From NCBI GenBank assembly GCA_034659355.1, contig JAYEHC010000045.1, positions 1-39,502 on the forward strand: a stretch of 39,502 nt of DNA. Reading direction: 5' to 3'. Within the stretch, counting starts at the first letter, position 1. Each line of letters opens with the position of its first letter. The stretch is from Patescibacteria group bacterium (lineage in GTDB: Bacteria; Patescibacteriota; Minisyncoccia; JAHIHE01; JAGLIN01). A program made the translations under genes and the position numbers. A model generated the notes under the pieces. The model was not told where the DNA came from and searched no databases. It saw nothing but the letters and a program-made list of their open reading frames with translations. Of this stretch, positions 1 through 7,672 are shown one piece after another.

Positions 1-156
1 AAAAATTAAAAGAACATCGTAAAAGAAAATTAAATACAAAAAAACAACATCAAAATGTTGCAAAGAAGAAATAACTGTTATTTAATTTAAAAAATCAAGT
101 GTTCGGCTTGACCCTAGCGGGTAGCCTTTTCTGAATTTTTAACTCTATCATACTCT

Positions 157-1080
157 ATGAATCCTGTCAACCTCCCAATTAAAATCTCTGAAAAGCAAAT
201 CAAAATCAACGGCTTGAATATAAATTATAAAACAATCGGCGCTGGGAAAATTCCGATTGTTTTGTTGCATGGGTGGGGAGTGTCGGGTGACAAATATCTG
301 GAATTAATAAAAAAATTCACAATTCACAATTCACAATTCACAATACTAATCCCCGATCTTCCCGGTTTTGGCAAGAGCGATGAGCCAAATGAAAATTGGA
401 ACCTAGATGATTATGTTGAATTTGTAGATGAATTTGTAAAAAAGACAAGCAGAAAAGGCGGGTTTGAATTAGTCAAAAATATATTAGAGAAAATACAAAA
501 AGGCTCTACAGGGCTATCGCCACAATGGAGCCAACGAGTAAAGAACCAGCAATTTATTTTAATTGGACATTCGTTCGGTGGGCGGATTGCGATTAAATAC
601 GCGGCGAAATATCCGGAGAAAATTGAAAAGTTAATTTTAACCGGCGCGGCGGGAATTAAACACAAATTGACGATAAAGCAAAAAGCGTTTTTTGTTCTGG
701 CAAAAACAGGAAAAACAATTTTTTCTTTGCCGATAATCAATCATTTTCAAAAACCGGCATATAAAATATTTTCCAAAATAGCGCGAAGTAGAAAAAAGGA
801 TTATTATCAAGCCAGTCCAAGAATGAAGGAAATAATGAAAAATGTCTTGGCGGAAGATTTGACGAATTATTTAGAAAAAATAAAAACCCCAACCTTGCTG
901 GTTTGGGGAAGAGAAGATAAAACTACGCCTTTGACGGATGGGAAAATTATGAATGAGAAAATTGAGAATTCTAAGTTAGTTGTTATTGACAACGCTAATC
1001 ATGGCTTGCCTTATCAGAAACAGGAGGAGTTTGGGGAGATTGTTGCAGAGTTTATAAAAACAAATTCTACCCGGCTTTAG
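157..1080 (+). CDS. alpha/beta-fold serine hydrolase
   Basis: 307-aa ORF with an HGWG oxyanion-hole motif, a GHSFGG nucleophile elbow and a C-terminal NANHG His region. It carries an in-frame heptamer repeat and a hairpin-repeat insert. Confidence 0.8.
   Translation: MNPVNLPIKISEKQIKINGLNINYKTIGAGKIPIVLLHGWGVSGDKYLELIKKFTIHNSQFTILIPDLPGFGKSDEPNENWNLDDYVEFVDEFVKKTSRKGGFELVKNILEKIQKGSTGLSPQWSQRVKNQQFILIGHSFGGRIAIKYAAKYPEKIEKLILTGAAGIKHKLTIKQKAFFVLAKTGKTIFSLPIINHFQKPAYKIFSKIARSRKKDYYQASPRMKEIMKNVLAEDLTNYLEKIKTPTLLVWGREDKTTPLTDGKIMNEKIENSKLVVIDNANHGLPYQKQEEFGEIVAEFIKTNSTRL
314..344 (+). repeat. heptanucleotide tandem repeat (AATTCAC) x4.4 inside a CDS
   Basis: Read directly from the sequence. 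Encodes FTIHNSQFTI of the hydrolase. Confidence 0.9.
502..532. repeat. family F-type hairpin inside the hydrolase gene
   Basis: GGCTCTACAGGGCTATCGCCACAATGGAGCC is near-identical to 1826-1856. The following CAACGA matches the 27383 terminus. Confidence 0.75.
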
Positions 1081-1166
1081 CCGAGGGTTTATTAGGCTTT
1101 AGCCTAACGATTTTTAGAAAAACTTGAAGCTCAAAGCTTCAGAAACCCTCGGCTAAAGCCGAGTAG
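1068..1166. repeat. about 100-nt multi-hairpin palindromic element, possibly a bidirectional terminator
   Basis: CTACCCGGCTTTAGCCGAGGGTTT pairs with AAACCCTCGGCTAAAGCCGAGTAG, and there are two inner hairpins. It lies between convergent genes. The left arm encodes the last codons and the stop of the hydrolase. Confidence 0.55.
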
Positions 1167-1213
1167 AAATTTAATGGATAAAAAAAGAGACAATAATTTT
1201 TAATATTAACGCC

Positions 1214-1624
1214 TCATATAAACTTTAGAAATTTTAGGATTCTATTATTGACTCTGGATATGTAGATTCTAACTTTATAGTTATCATCAGACATTCCTTC
1301 AAAAAATAAATCCTTACCATATTTTCTTACTGAGTTTATGGAAACCTTCAATAATTTGTCTCCAACATCAAAACCAACTTCACAGCCACTGGCATTCAGA
1401 ATTGGTTTTCCAATTTTATAACCAGTAAGATGATTATGATCACCGGTAAAATTAGGTACCAAGATTCTAACCTCTATGGATTTTTCTTTCCCTGTTTCTA
1501 CCGCAGAAGATAGTGATCCGTAAAGATCAAGTAGTGTCAATGGCTCTACAATTTCATGTTTCCTATTATTGTTATTCATTATTCTCTCCTGTTCCATTTT
1601 GGAACTTTTACTAAAGTTTATCAC
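1214..1624 (-). CDS. hypothetical protein
   Basis: 136-aa ORF convergent with the hydrolase. No motif recognised, and the real start may be an internal Met. Confidence 0.35.
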   Translation of the reverse strand: MINFSKSSKMEQERIMNNNNRKHEIVEPLTLLDLYGSLSSAVETGKEKSIEVRILVPNFTGDHNHLTGYKIGKPILNASGCEVGFDVGDKLLKVSINSVRKYGKDLFFEGMSDDNYKVRIYISRVNNRILKFLKFI

Positions 1625-1629
1625 GCTTT

Positions 1630-3456
1630 ATGAATCTTATCAATACCCAAAACATTATTATAATAATATCAATTCTCGCTCTTATCAAAATCGCTCGCGA
1701 TAGTTTGTTTTATCTGTGGCTGTGGCAAATTAAGGAATATAGAACAGATCGGATGAGGGCTTATTTGAGAGACGAGAATGCTGGTTCCATAGTCCCGTTA
1801 GGGCTGTGGAACCAAAATGCAAAAAGGCTCCACAGGGCTATCGCCACTATGGAGCCAGCAGCAGTTTATTTTATCGCACTGATTTTAATTTTAGTTTTCT
1901 ATTTTAGCCAACGAATTCTTGTCTATCTAACGCTACTATTTTTCACTTTTACTTTCTATCAAATTTTAAAAGAGATAAAAAACAGAATTTTAAAACGACC
2001 GAAATTTACCTTTAGGATATTATTTTCACTTTTTGTGATTGCTGTTTTCTATTCGGTTGTTGCGTTTTCGTGGATTCCTCCCGAATTTACTTCGGGAGGA
2101 ATGACAAAAATAGGCGTAGTAAATATATGGACGATAGAAGTAAAAGCGGTAGAAATAATTTTACTTTTATTATTTTTCTATCTCGTCACTCCAATTTTAA
2201 TTACCGCGATTATTTTATTCACTAATCCGTTTTTCAATTTCCAGAAAAAGAGGATTATTAAAAGGGCGAGTTTAAAAATGAAGGGATTAAAAAAAATAAA
2301 AGTTATCGGAATAACGGGCAGTTACGGCAAGACAAGTACGAAAGAATTTCTGAATACTATTTTAAGCCAGAAATACAAAGTTGTTAAAACCGCGGGGAAT
2401 AATAACACGAATATCGGTGTGGCAAGGACAGTGCTGAATAAAGTGAATGATAATTATGATTATTTCATCTGTGAAATGGGCGCGTATAAAATCGGCGAGA
2501 TTGCCGAGATTTGTAATATCGTAAAACCCGAGATAGGAATCTTAACCGGCATTAACGAACAACACCTTGATTTATTCGGATCAATTGAGAATACGGTTAA
2601 AGCGAAATTTGAGTTGATTGAAGCGTTACCAGAAAATGGGTTGGCGATTATAAATTCAAGTATCAAGCAGAACTTACGCATTTGTCATTCCGACCGAAGT
2701 GAACGAGGTACGAGCGAACGGAGTGGAGGAATCTGTAAACACAAAATACTTGCTTTTGATAAAGATACTTTAAAGTACACATCTTATCTGCTCACAGATC
2801 CCTCGGCTCCTATCGTCGCTCGGGATGACAAAAGTTCTGTTAGAGTTGAGAATATAAAACATTTTTCTTTAGACAATGTAAGCGATATTAAAGTTCGTCA
2901 AGATTATGTAGAATTTATTTACAAAGACCAAAAGTTCAAAGCTGATTTTCTTGGCAGACATTATATAGAAAATTTATTAGCGGCTATTATCACAGCGGAA
3001 AATTTGGGAATGAGCTTGGAAGAGATCTCGGAAGCAATAAAAAAAATAGAACCGTCCAAATTTATGATGAGAAAACTGGACGGTTTAAATAATTCTATTT
3101 TTATTGATGACAGTTATAGCGCCAATCCTGACGGCGTAATTGCCGGATTAAATTATTTAGATGAAGCATATCAAGGCTATAGAAAAATAATTGTTTTTCC
3201 GGGAATTATAGAATTAGGAAATAAATCAGAAGAAGTACATCGTAAATTGTTTGGCGGAATAGACAAGATTTGCGATATTGCATATATAATGAGAATCAAA
3301 AATCAAAAATCAAAAATCAAAAATAACTGTAAGTTTATTTTTGAGGAAAGTTTTGATAAGGTAGTGGAGATGCTAAAAAATAATCTTAATAAAAAAACCG
3401 TTGTTCTTTTTGAAAGTCGTGGGGCGGGAGTGGTGATGGGAAAATTAAAAACATAG
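1630..3456 (+). CDS. murF: MurF-like Mur ligase (UDP-MurNAc-tripeptide--D-Ala-D-Ala ligase) with about 220-aa N-terminal membrane domain
   Basis: Mur ligase P-loop GITGSYGKTSTKE, then CEMGA...GILTGINEQHLD and DDSYSANPDG motifs. The N-terminus is hydrophobic and multi-helix. Three repeat-derived in-frame inserts are present. Confidence 0.85.
   Translation: MNLINTQNIIIIISILALIKIARDSLFYLWLWQIKEYRTDRMRAYLRDENAGSIVPLGLWNQNAKRLHRAIATMEPAAVYFIALILILVFYFSQRILVYLTLLFFTFTFYQILKEIKNRILKRPKFTFRILFSLFVIAVFYSVVAFSWIPPEFTSGGMTKIGVVNIWTIEVKAVEIILLLLFFYLVTPILITAIILFTNPFFNFQKKRIIKRASLKMKGLKKIKVIGITGSYGKTSTKEFLNTILSQKYKVVKTAGNNNTNIGVARTVLNKVNDNYDYFICEMGAYKIGEIAEICNIVKPEIGILTGINEQHLDLFGSIENTVKAKFELIEALPENGLAIINSSIKQNLRICHSDRSERGTSERSGGICKHKILAFDKDTLKYTSYLLTDPSAPIVARDDKSSVRVENIKHFSLDNVSDIKVRQDYVEFIYKDQKFKADFLGRHYIENLLAAIITAENLGMSLEEISEAIKKIEPSKFMMRKLDGLNNSIFIDDSYSANPDGVIAGLNYLDEAYQGYRKIIVFPGIIELGNKSEEVHRKLFGGIDKICDIAYIMRIKNQKSKIKNNCKFIFEESFDKVVEMLKNNLNKKTVVLFESRGAGVVMGKLKT
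1783..1856. repeat. two tandem 31-nt family F-type hairpins inside murF
   Basis: GGTTCCATAGTCCCGTTAGGGCTGTGGAACC followed by GGCTCCACAGGGCTATCGCCACTATGGAGCC, both translated in frame. Confidence 0.75.
2070..2105. repeat. 36-nt solo hairpin unit inside murF
   Basis: GTGGATTCCTCCCGAATTTACTTCGGGAGGAATGAC. Intergenic copies lie at 12837 and 34951. Confidence 0.8.
2684..2829. repeat. family B MITE copy inside the murF reading frame
   Basis: GTCATTCCGACCGAAGTGAACGAGG...GGAGGAATCTGT...CTCGGGATGAC. Translated as ICHSDRSERGTSERSGGICKH...PIVARDDK with no frame disruption. Confidence 0.8.
3294..3324 (+). repeat. heptanucleotide tandem repeat (AATCAAA) x4.4 inside a CDS
   Basis: Read directly from the sequence. 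Encodes IKNQKSKIKN of MurF. Confidence 0.9.
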
Positions 3457-3483
3457 ACGCTTTATTTGCCTTTCAATAATATA

Positions 3484-3621
3484 TAGGCTCTGCTGATTTC
3501 TCCAATTGTTCCCCCTTTGTAAAACCGGGCAGGATTAATTAAAACAAGCTAAATTATTTTTTTAAGACATATTTAAGCTTATCTTTTTTTATAAAAAATA
3601 GATGAAAATCAGCAGAGTCTA
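3484..3621. repeat. family D MITE (TAGGCTCTGCTGATTT termini)
   Basis: Inverted copy of 25865-26021. Shares the CCCCCTTTGTAAAA/TTTTACAAAGGGGG hairpin. Confidence 0.88.
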
Positions 3622-3628
3622 AATATTT

Positions 3629-3743
3629 GGAGTGTTGAATGCAGTAAAGTGTAGCGATAGCGAAACGAAACGGAGTTCAACCTGAAATATTACTTTAGTC
3701 CTGCTTTCAAGTAGAGCTCCGCTGTCGCTACACTCTACACTCC
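3629..3743. repeat. 115-nt long imperfect hairpin (unclassified palindromic element or structured RNA)
   Basis: GGAGTGT...AGTGTAGCGATAGCG pairs with CGCTGTCGCTACACT...ACACTCC. Confidence 0.5.
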
Positions 3744-3763
3744 ATATTAATAACCGATCTAAC

Positions 3764-3791
3764 TTGACAAAATATATATCTGTGCTAGTCT
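3764..3791 (+). promoter_or_regulatory. possible promoter for the 3831 ORF
   Basis: TTGACA, 16 nt spacer, TGcTAGTCT. Shares the TGTGCTAG motif with the 4268 promoter. Confidence 0.35.
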
Positions 3792-3830
3792 TCATAAGTA
3801 ATATGAATATTTGATTGTTTTATAAAAAAT

Positions 3831-4181
3831 ATGATGAAAAATAGTTTTGACGAAATTAAGAGATTAATGAAAATAATCGGAGGGAAAGTTGTTATTGTTG
3901 AAAATGGAAAGCCGACGATGGTTATCATAAATGTTGATGAATATATTGGGTTTGAAAAAAAAGATAATTTGAAAAATAGCGTAGAGAGTGATAGCTTGTC
4001 TGACAAAAAGCTTATTGAGAAAATAAACAAGAATATCAATATTTGGAGAAACAGGCAAGAAGAAAGAAAATTAAAACAGCTTGAAGAAGGCGATTACAAA
4101 AAAACGGAAGAAAGTTTTAAAAACTACAAAGAGAGAAAAAAGGACAACAATAACGAAGAGATTGTAATTGAAAAACTTTAG
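3831..4181 (+). CDS. small protein with Phd/YefM-antitoxin-like N-terminus and Lys/Glu-rich tail
   Basis: The segment GGKVVIVENGKPTMVIINVDEY resembles the YefM/Phd N-terminal fold. No adjacent toxin ORF. Confidence 0.4.
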   Translation: MMKNSFDEIKRLMKIIGGKVVIVENGKPTMVIINVDEYIGFEKKDNLKNSVESDSLSDKKLIEKINKNINIWRNRQEERKLKQLEEGDYKKTEESFKNYKERKKDNNNEEIVIEKL

Positions 4182-4192
4182 GCGCGAAAAAT

Positions 4193-4222
4193 TTGACAAA
4201 TATGCTGGTGGTGTATTATAAT
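4193..4222 (+). promoter_or_regulatory. near-consensus sigma70-type promoter
   Basis: TTGACA, 17-18 nt spacer, TATAAT. Confidence 0.5.
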
Positions 4223-4267
4223 AAAGCCACTTAGTTTTTCAAGCGTATTTGGTTTAAACGCAAACGC

Positions 4268-4296
4268 TTGCAAATATTTTATGTGTGTGCTAGAAT
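4268..4296 (+). promoter_or_regulatory. sigma70-type promoter with an extended -10 element, likely tuf promoter
   Basis: TTGCAA, 17 nt spacer, TGcTAGAAT, about 97 nt upstream of the tuf ATG. Confidence 0.5.
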
Positions 4297-4392
4297 AATC
4301 AAACAAGTTTAAAAACTTTATTAAAAAATTAATAATTATTAAAGTAGCAAATTAATTTTTTGTCACTTTAATTTAAAAGGAGAATAACAAAA

Positions 4393-5592
4393 ATGGCAGA
4401 AATATTTGACAGGTCAAAACCACATGTCAATATTGGAACAATTGGTCATGTTGACCATGGTAAAACAACTTTAACCGCGGCGATTTTGTCTTGCTTGTCC
4501 GCAATTGGAAAAAGCGCGTCGAAAAAGGGCGTGGATGAAATTGATAATGCCCCCGAAGAAAAAGAGCGAGGAATTACAATTGCTACTTCGCATCAAGAGT
4601 ACGAATCAGACAAAAAGCACTATGCTCATGTTGATTGCCCGGGACATGCTGACTATATAAAAAATATGATTACCGGAGCGGCGCAGATGGACGGCTCGAT
4701 TTTAGTTGTTGCCGCGACTGATGGTCCGATGCCTCAGACAAGAGAACATATTCTTTTGGCTCGTCAAGTTGGTGTGCCGGAAATTGTTGTCTTTATAAAT
4801 AAAACAGATCAAGTTGACGATCCTGAACTTATTGATCTTGTAGAAGAGGAAATTCGCGAACTGTTGACTAAATATGAATTTGATGGTGAAAACGCTACGA
4901 TTGTTAGAGGTTCCGCTTTGAAGGCGTTGGAGTGCGGATGCGGAAAAGAGGAATGCGTTAATTGTAAGCCAATTTTGGATTTAGTGAGAGCGCTTGACGA
5001 AAAAATTCCTGAACCAAAAAGAGATGTTGAAAAACCGTTCTTAATGCCGATTGAAGACATTTTTTCAATTGAGGGAAGAGGAACAGTTGTAACAGGGAGA
5101 ATTGAAAGAGGAGTTGTTAATTTAAATGACGAAGTGGAACTTGTTGGGATTAAAGATACCAGAAAAGTAATTATTACCGGAATTGAAATGTTTAACAAAC
5201 AGTTAGATAAAGGTCAAGCTGGAGATAATGCCGGAATTTTGTTAAGAGGAATTAAAAAAGAAGAAGTGGAAAGAGGACAGGTTTTGGCAGCTGGCGGATC
5301 AATTACTCCTCACTCGGAATTTGAAGGTGAAGTTTATATTTTGACCAAAGAAGAAGGCGGGCGACATTCAGCGTTTGTTAGCGGATATAAACCGCAGTTT
5401 TATATTAGAACTACAGATGTAACGGGAGAAGTGACTTTAGCGGGAAAAGAAGAAATGGTTATGCCTGGCGATACTGTAAATCTAAATATTAAATTGATTG
5501 TTCCTGTGGCGATGGAAGATGGAATGAGATTTGCGATTAGAGAAGGTGGCAGAACAGTCGGAGCGGGAGTTGTAACGAAGATTGTAAAATAA
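4393..5592 (+). CDS. tuf: elongation factor Tu
   Basis: GHVDHGKTT (G1), DCPGHADY (G3) and NKTD (G4) motifs with full-length domain II/III similarity. AAGGAG RBS about 10 nt upstream. Confidence 0.98.
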   Translation: MAEIFDRSKPHVNIGTIGHVDHGKTTLTAAILSCLSAIGKSASKKGVDEIDNAPEEKERGITIATSHQEYESDKKHYAHVDCPGHADYIKNMITGAAQMDGSILVVAATDGPMPQTREHILLARQVGVPEIVVFINKTDQVDDPELIDLVEEEIRELLTKYEFDGENATIVRGSALKALECGCGKEECVNCKPILDLVRALDEKIPEPKRDVEKPFLMPIEDIFSIEGRGTVVTGRIERGVVNLNDEVELVGIKDTRKVIITGIEMFNKQLDKGQAGDNAGILLRGIKKEEVERGQVLAAGGSITPHSEFEGEVYILTKEEGGRHSAFVSGYKPQFYIRTTDVTGEVTLAGKEEMVMPGDTVNLNIKLIVPVAMEDGMRFAIREGGRTVGAGVVTKIVK

Positions 5593-5648
5593 GGAGATTT
5601 ATCTTCTTATTTTTTTGTTTTGCGAAATATTCTATAAATACAAAAACT

Positions 5649-6014
5649 ATGAAAGAGGAAGTATTGTTGAATAATAATTCAGAAAGAAAAAGCCTTTTTG
5701 ACTGGTTAAAAGATTTTAAACAAGAAGTTAAAGAAATATTTGATGATGGCGAACTTACTGATGCTGTTGAAGCGAATATAAACGCAAACTTGCTTGATGA
5801 CAATATTCTAAATATGATAGCGGTAGTGATTGATGTAAAAGTTAAAAAAGGTGAAATAGAAAAGAGAAAAGCCATTGATGTTTTTGTGGCAATAAAAAAT
5901 AGGATTGATGAATATAATAGTTTGTACAGAAAAGAAGAAATAAATTACAATGAGTTGAATTTTGATTTCAGGTATTTATTAGGAAACAATGACGATTTAA
6001 ATAATAGTGTTTAG
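5649..6014 (+). CDS. hypothetical acidic protein
   Basis: 121-aa ORF between tuf and rpsJ. No motif recognised. Confidence 0.4.
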   Translation: MKEEVLLNNNSERKSLFDWLKDFKQEVKEIFDDGELTDAVEANINANLLDDNILNMIAVVIDVKVKKGEIEKRKAIDVFVAIKNRIDEYNSLYRKEEINYNELNFDFRYLLGNNDDLNNSV

Positions 6015-6048
6015 TTCTATTAAAAATTAATTTCAAATACAAATCTAA

Positions 6049-6393
6049 ATGACTGAAGCAACGAAACAGAAAGAGGAAGAAAACGAATCTCAGCCGAAGA
6101 TTCGAATAAAAATTAAAGCGTATGATCATAAGATCATTGACCAGTCTGCAAAGCAGATTATGGAAACGGCTTTGAGAAGTGGAGCATCTGTGAAAGGTCC
6201 CGTGCCTTTGCCGACTGAAATTAGCAGATACACGGTCAACAGATCAACTTTTGTTCACAAAGACGCGCGAGATCAATATGAAATGCGAGTGCATAAAAGG
6301 CTTATTGATATTATTGATCCAAACCCCAAAATAATTGACGCTTTAACAAATTTGAATTTGCCGGCGGGGGTATTTATAGAGATTAAGATGTAA
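6049..6393 (+). CDS. rpsJ: 30S ribosomal protein S10
   Basis: [15 protein letters not shown]...GPVPLPTE...HKRLIDI matches S10. Confidence 0.97.
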   Translation: MTEATKQKEEENESQPKIRIKIKAYDHKIIDQSAKQIMETALRSGASVKGPVPLPTEISRYTVNRSTFVHKDARDQYEMRVHKRLIDIIDPNPKIIDALTNLNLPAGVFIEIKM

Positions 6394-6417
6394 AAATTGC
6401 CGTTATGATATTATATT

Positions 6418-6529
6418 GTCATTCTCGTGAAGACGGGAATCCATTGCTACAATTTATTTTATTAAAAATCAAGTGATTAATGGTAAAAATAAAATTGTAA
6501 TAGTGGATTCTTGCCTTCGCAGGAATGAC
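6418..6529. repeat. family A MITE/REPIN-like doublet (about 112 bp)
   Basis: GTCATTCTCGTGAAGACGGGAATCCATTGCTACAAT ... ATTGTAATAGTGGATTCTTGCCTTCGCAGGAATGAC. Near-identical to the copy at 10638. Confidence 0.9.
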
Positions 6530-6748
6530 AAACCAGGTTATTAACAATTTTAAAAATGCTAGTTTAAGTGTTTATTACTGAGTTTCTTGAATGAAGGCGA
6601 ACAAACGTTTGTTTGCCTGCAAGAGAAAAGTTTCAGTAAAAGTGCTAATAAGCATACTGAATTAGCCAATTTATAAATCGGATAAAAACGGTTGTAATTG
6701 GTTGAATTATCTGATTTTTTATTTGTATAGAAATGAAAAATATTAATT

Positions 6749-6906
6749 GTCATTCCGACTGGAATGAAGCGAAGCGGAATGGAATGGAGGAATCTGTGAG
6801 CGAATAAAATGTGTTTCTAAAACTATTTTTAAAAGCAGGCATAATTGTGTTTACAGATTTCTCCATTTCGCTTGTTCGTGCCTCACTTCGCTCCAGTCGA
6901 AATGAC
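6749..6906. repeat. family B MITE (158 bp, GTCATTCCGAC termini)
   Basis: GTCATTCCGACTGGAATGAAGCGAAGCGG...CGCTCCAGTCGAAATGAC long imperfect hairpin between rpsJ and rplC. Confidence 0.85.
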
Positions 6907-6948
6907 AGAAAGTAAAAAGTTTTAACTCTGAAATAATTGTTAATTCAC

Positions 6949-7599
6949 ATGAAATTTATTCTCGGAAAAAAAATAGGAATGAGCCAAATTTTCAAAGACG
7001 ATGAAAATGGCAGAAAAGTTGTCCCGGTAACTTTGATTGAGGCGGGTCCTTGTGTTGTGTCTCAAATAAGAAATGAAGAAAAAGACGGTTATCAAGCGAT
7101 TCAAGTCGCATATTTGGAAAAGAAGAAAATTAATAAACCGCTGGCTGGACATTTGAAAGATTTGGGAAAATTCAGATATTTAAAAGAATTCAGATTAGAT
7201 AAAAATGGCGTAGGGAAAAATGCTGAAGAAAAAGAAAAGACGGAATATAAATTAGGCGACAAAATAGCCGTTTCCATTTTTGAGGCTGGCGATAAAATAA
7301 AAGTATCGGGAGTTTCAAAAGCAAAAGGATTTCAGGGAGTAATGAAAAGACACGGATTTAAATGCGGGCAAGCGTCTCATGGACAAAAACACAGCAACAG
7401 AAAACCGGGATCAATTGGCAGCGCTTTTCCGGAGCATGTCATTAAAGGCAAAAAAATGGCAGGGCGAATGGGCGGAGTTCAAAGCACTCAATTGGGATTG
7501 GAAGTCGTAGGGGTTGACAAAGAGAAAAATTTGTTGATAATAAAGGGAGCCGTGCCGGGAAATAATGGGGTTTTGGTAAATATAGTTGAAAGTTTATAA
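6949..7599 (+). CDS. rplC: 50S ribosomal protein L3
   Basis: MKFILGKKIGMSQIF start, typical of L3. ATG at 6949 is preferred over the TTG at 6937. Confidence 0.95.
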   Translation: MKFILGKKIGMSQIFKDDENGRKVVPVTLIEAGPCVVSQIRNEEKDGYQAIQVAYLEKKKINKPLAGHLKDLGKFRYLKEFRLDKNGVGKNAEEKEKTEYKLGDKIAVSIFEAGDKIKVSGVSKAKGFQGVMKRHGFKCGQASHGQKHSNRKPGSIGSAFPEHVIKGKKMAGRMGGVQSTQLGLEVVGVDKEKNLLIIKGAVPGNNGVLVNIVESL

Positions 7600-7620
7600 A
7601 GTTGAAAGTGAAAAACATTT

Positions 7621-7672
7621 TGGAGTTCAGATTTTAATCTGTAAAATTTACAGGTTGAAACCTGAGTTCTGG
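7621..7672. repeat. family E hairpin repeat (TGGAGTTCAG...)
   Basis: TGGAGTTCAGATTTTAATCTGTAAA/TTTACAGGTTGAAACCTGAG, downstream of rplC. Confidence 0.7.

Noticed and set aside
3629-3743. Long hairpins (3629-3743, 15996-16100, 24455-24553) as tRNA or other known RNA genes.
   Set aside because: There is no cloverleaf arrangement and no GTTCRANNC T-loop consensus. They are simple long inverted repeats. A novel structured RNA cannot be excluded without covariation data.
3831-4181. Calling 3831-4181 part of a complete toxin-antitoxin pair.
   Set aside because: Only the antitoxin-like N-terminus is seen. No toxin-sized ORF is adjacent on either side, so it is reported only as a Phd/YefM-like small protein at low confidence.
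4809-5198. Antisense or overlapping track ORFs inside well-supported genes. Examples: 411-740, 2460-2681, 4809-5198, 9416-9917, 10808-11156, 12510-12827, 16376-16720, 18660-19234, 19378-19776, 20575-20847, 21133-21393, 37585-37989, 38490-38780.
   Set aside because: These are shadow ORFs on the opposite strand or in an alternative frame of conserved genes. They are low-complexity, have no motifs, and are typical by-products of AT-rich or Lys-rich coding DNA.
6559-6753. 64-aa minus-strand ORF in the rpsJ-rplC spacer.
   Set aside because: It is short, motif-free and flanked by or overlapping MITE sequence, on the strand opposite to the operon.
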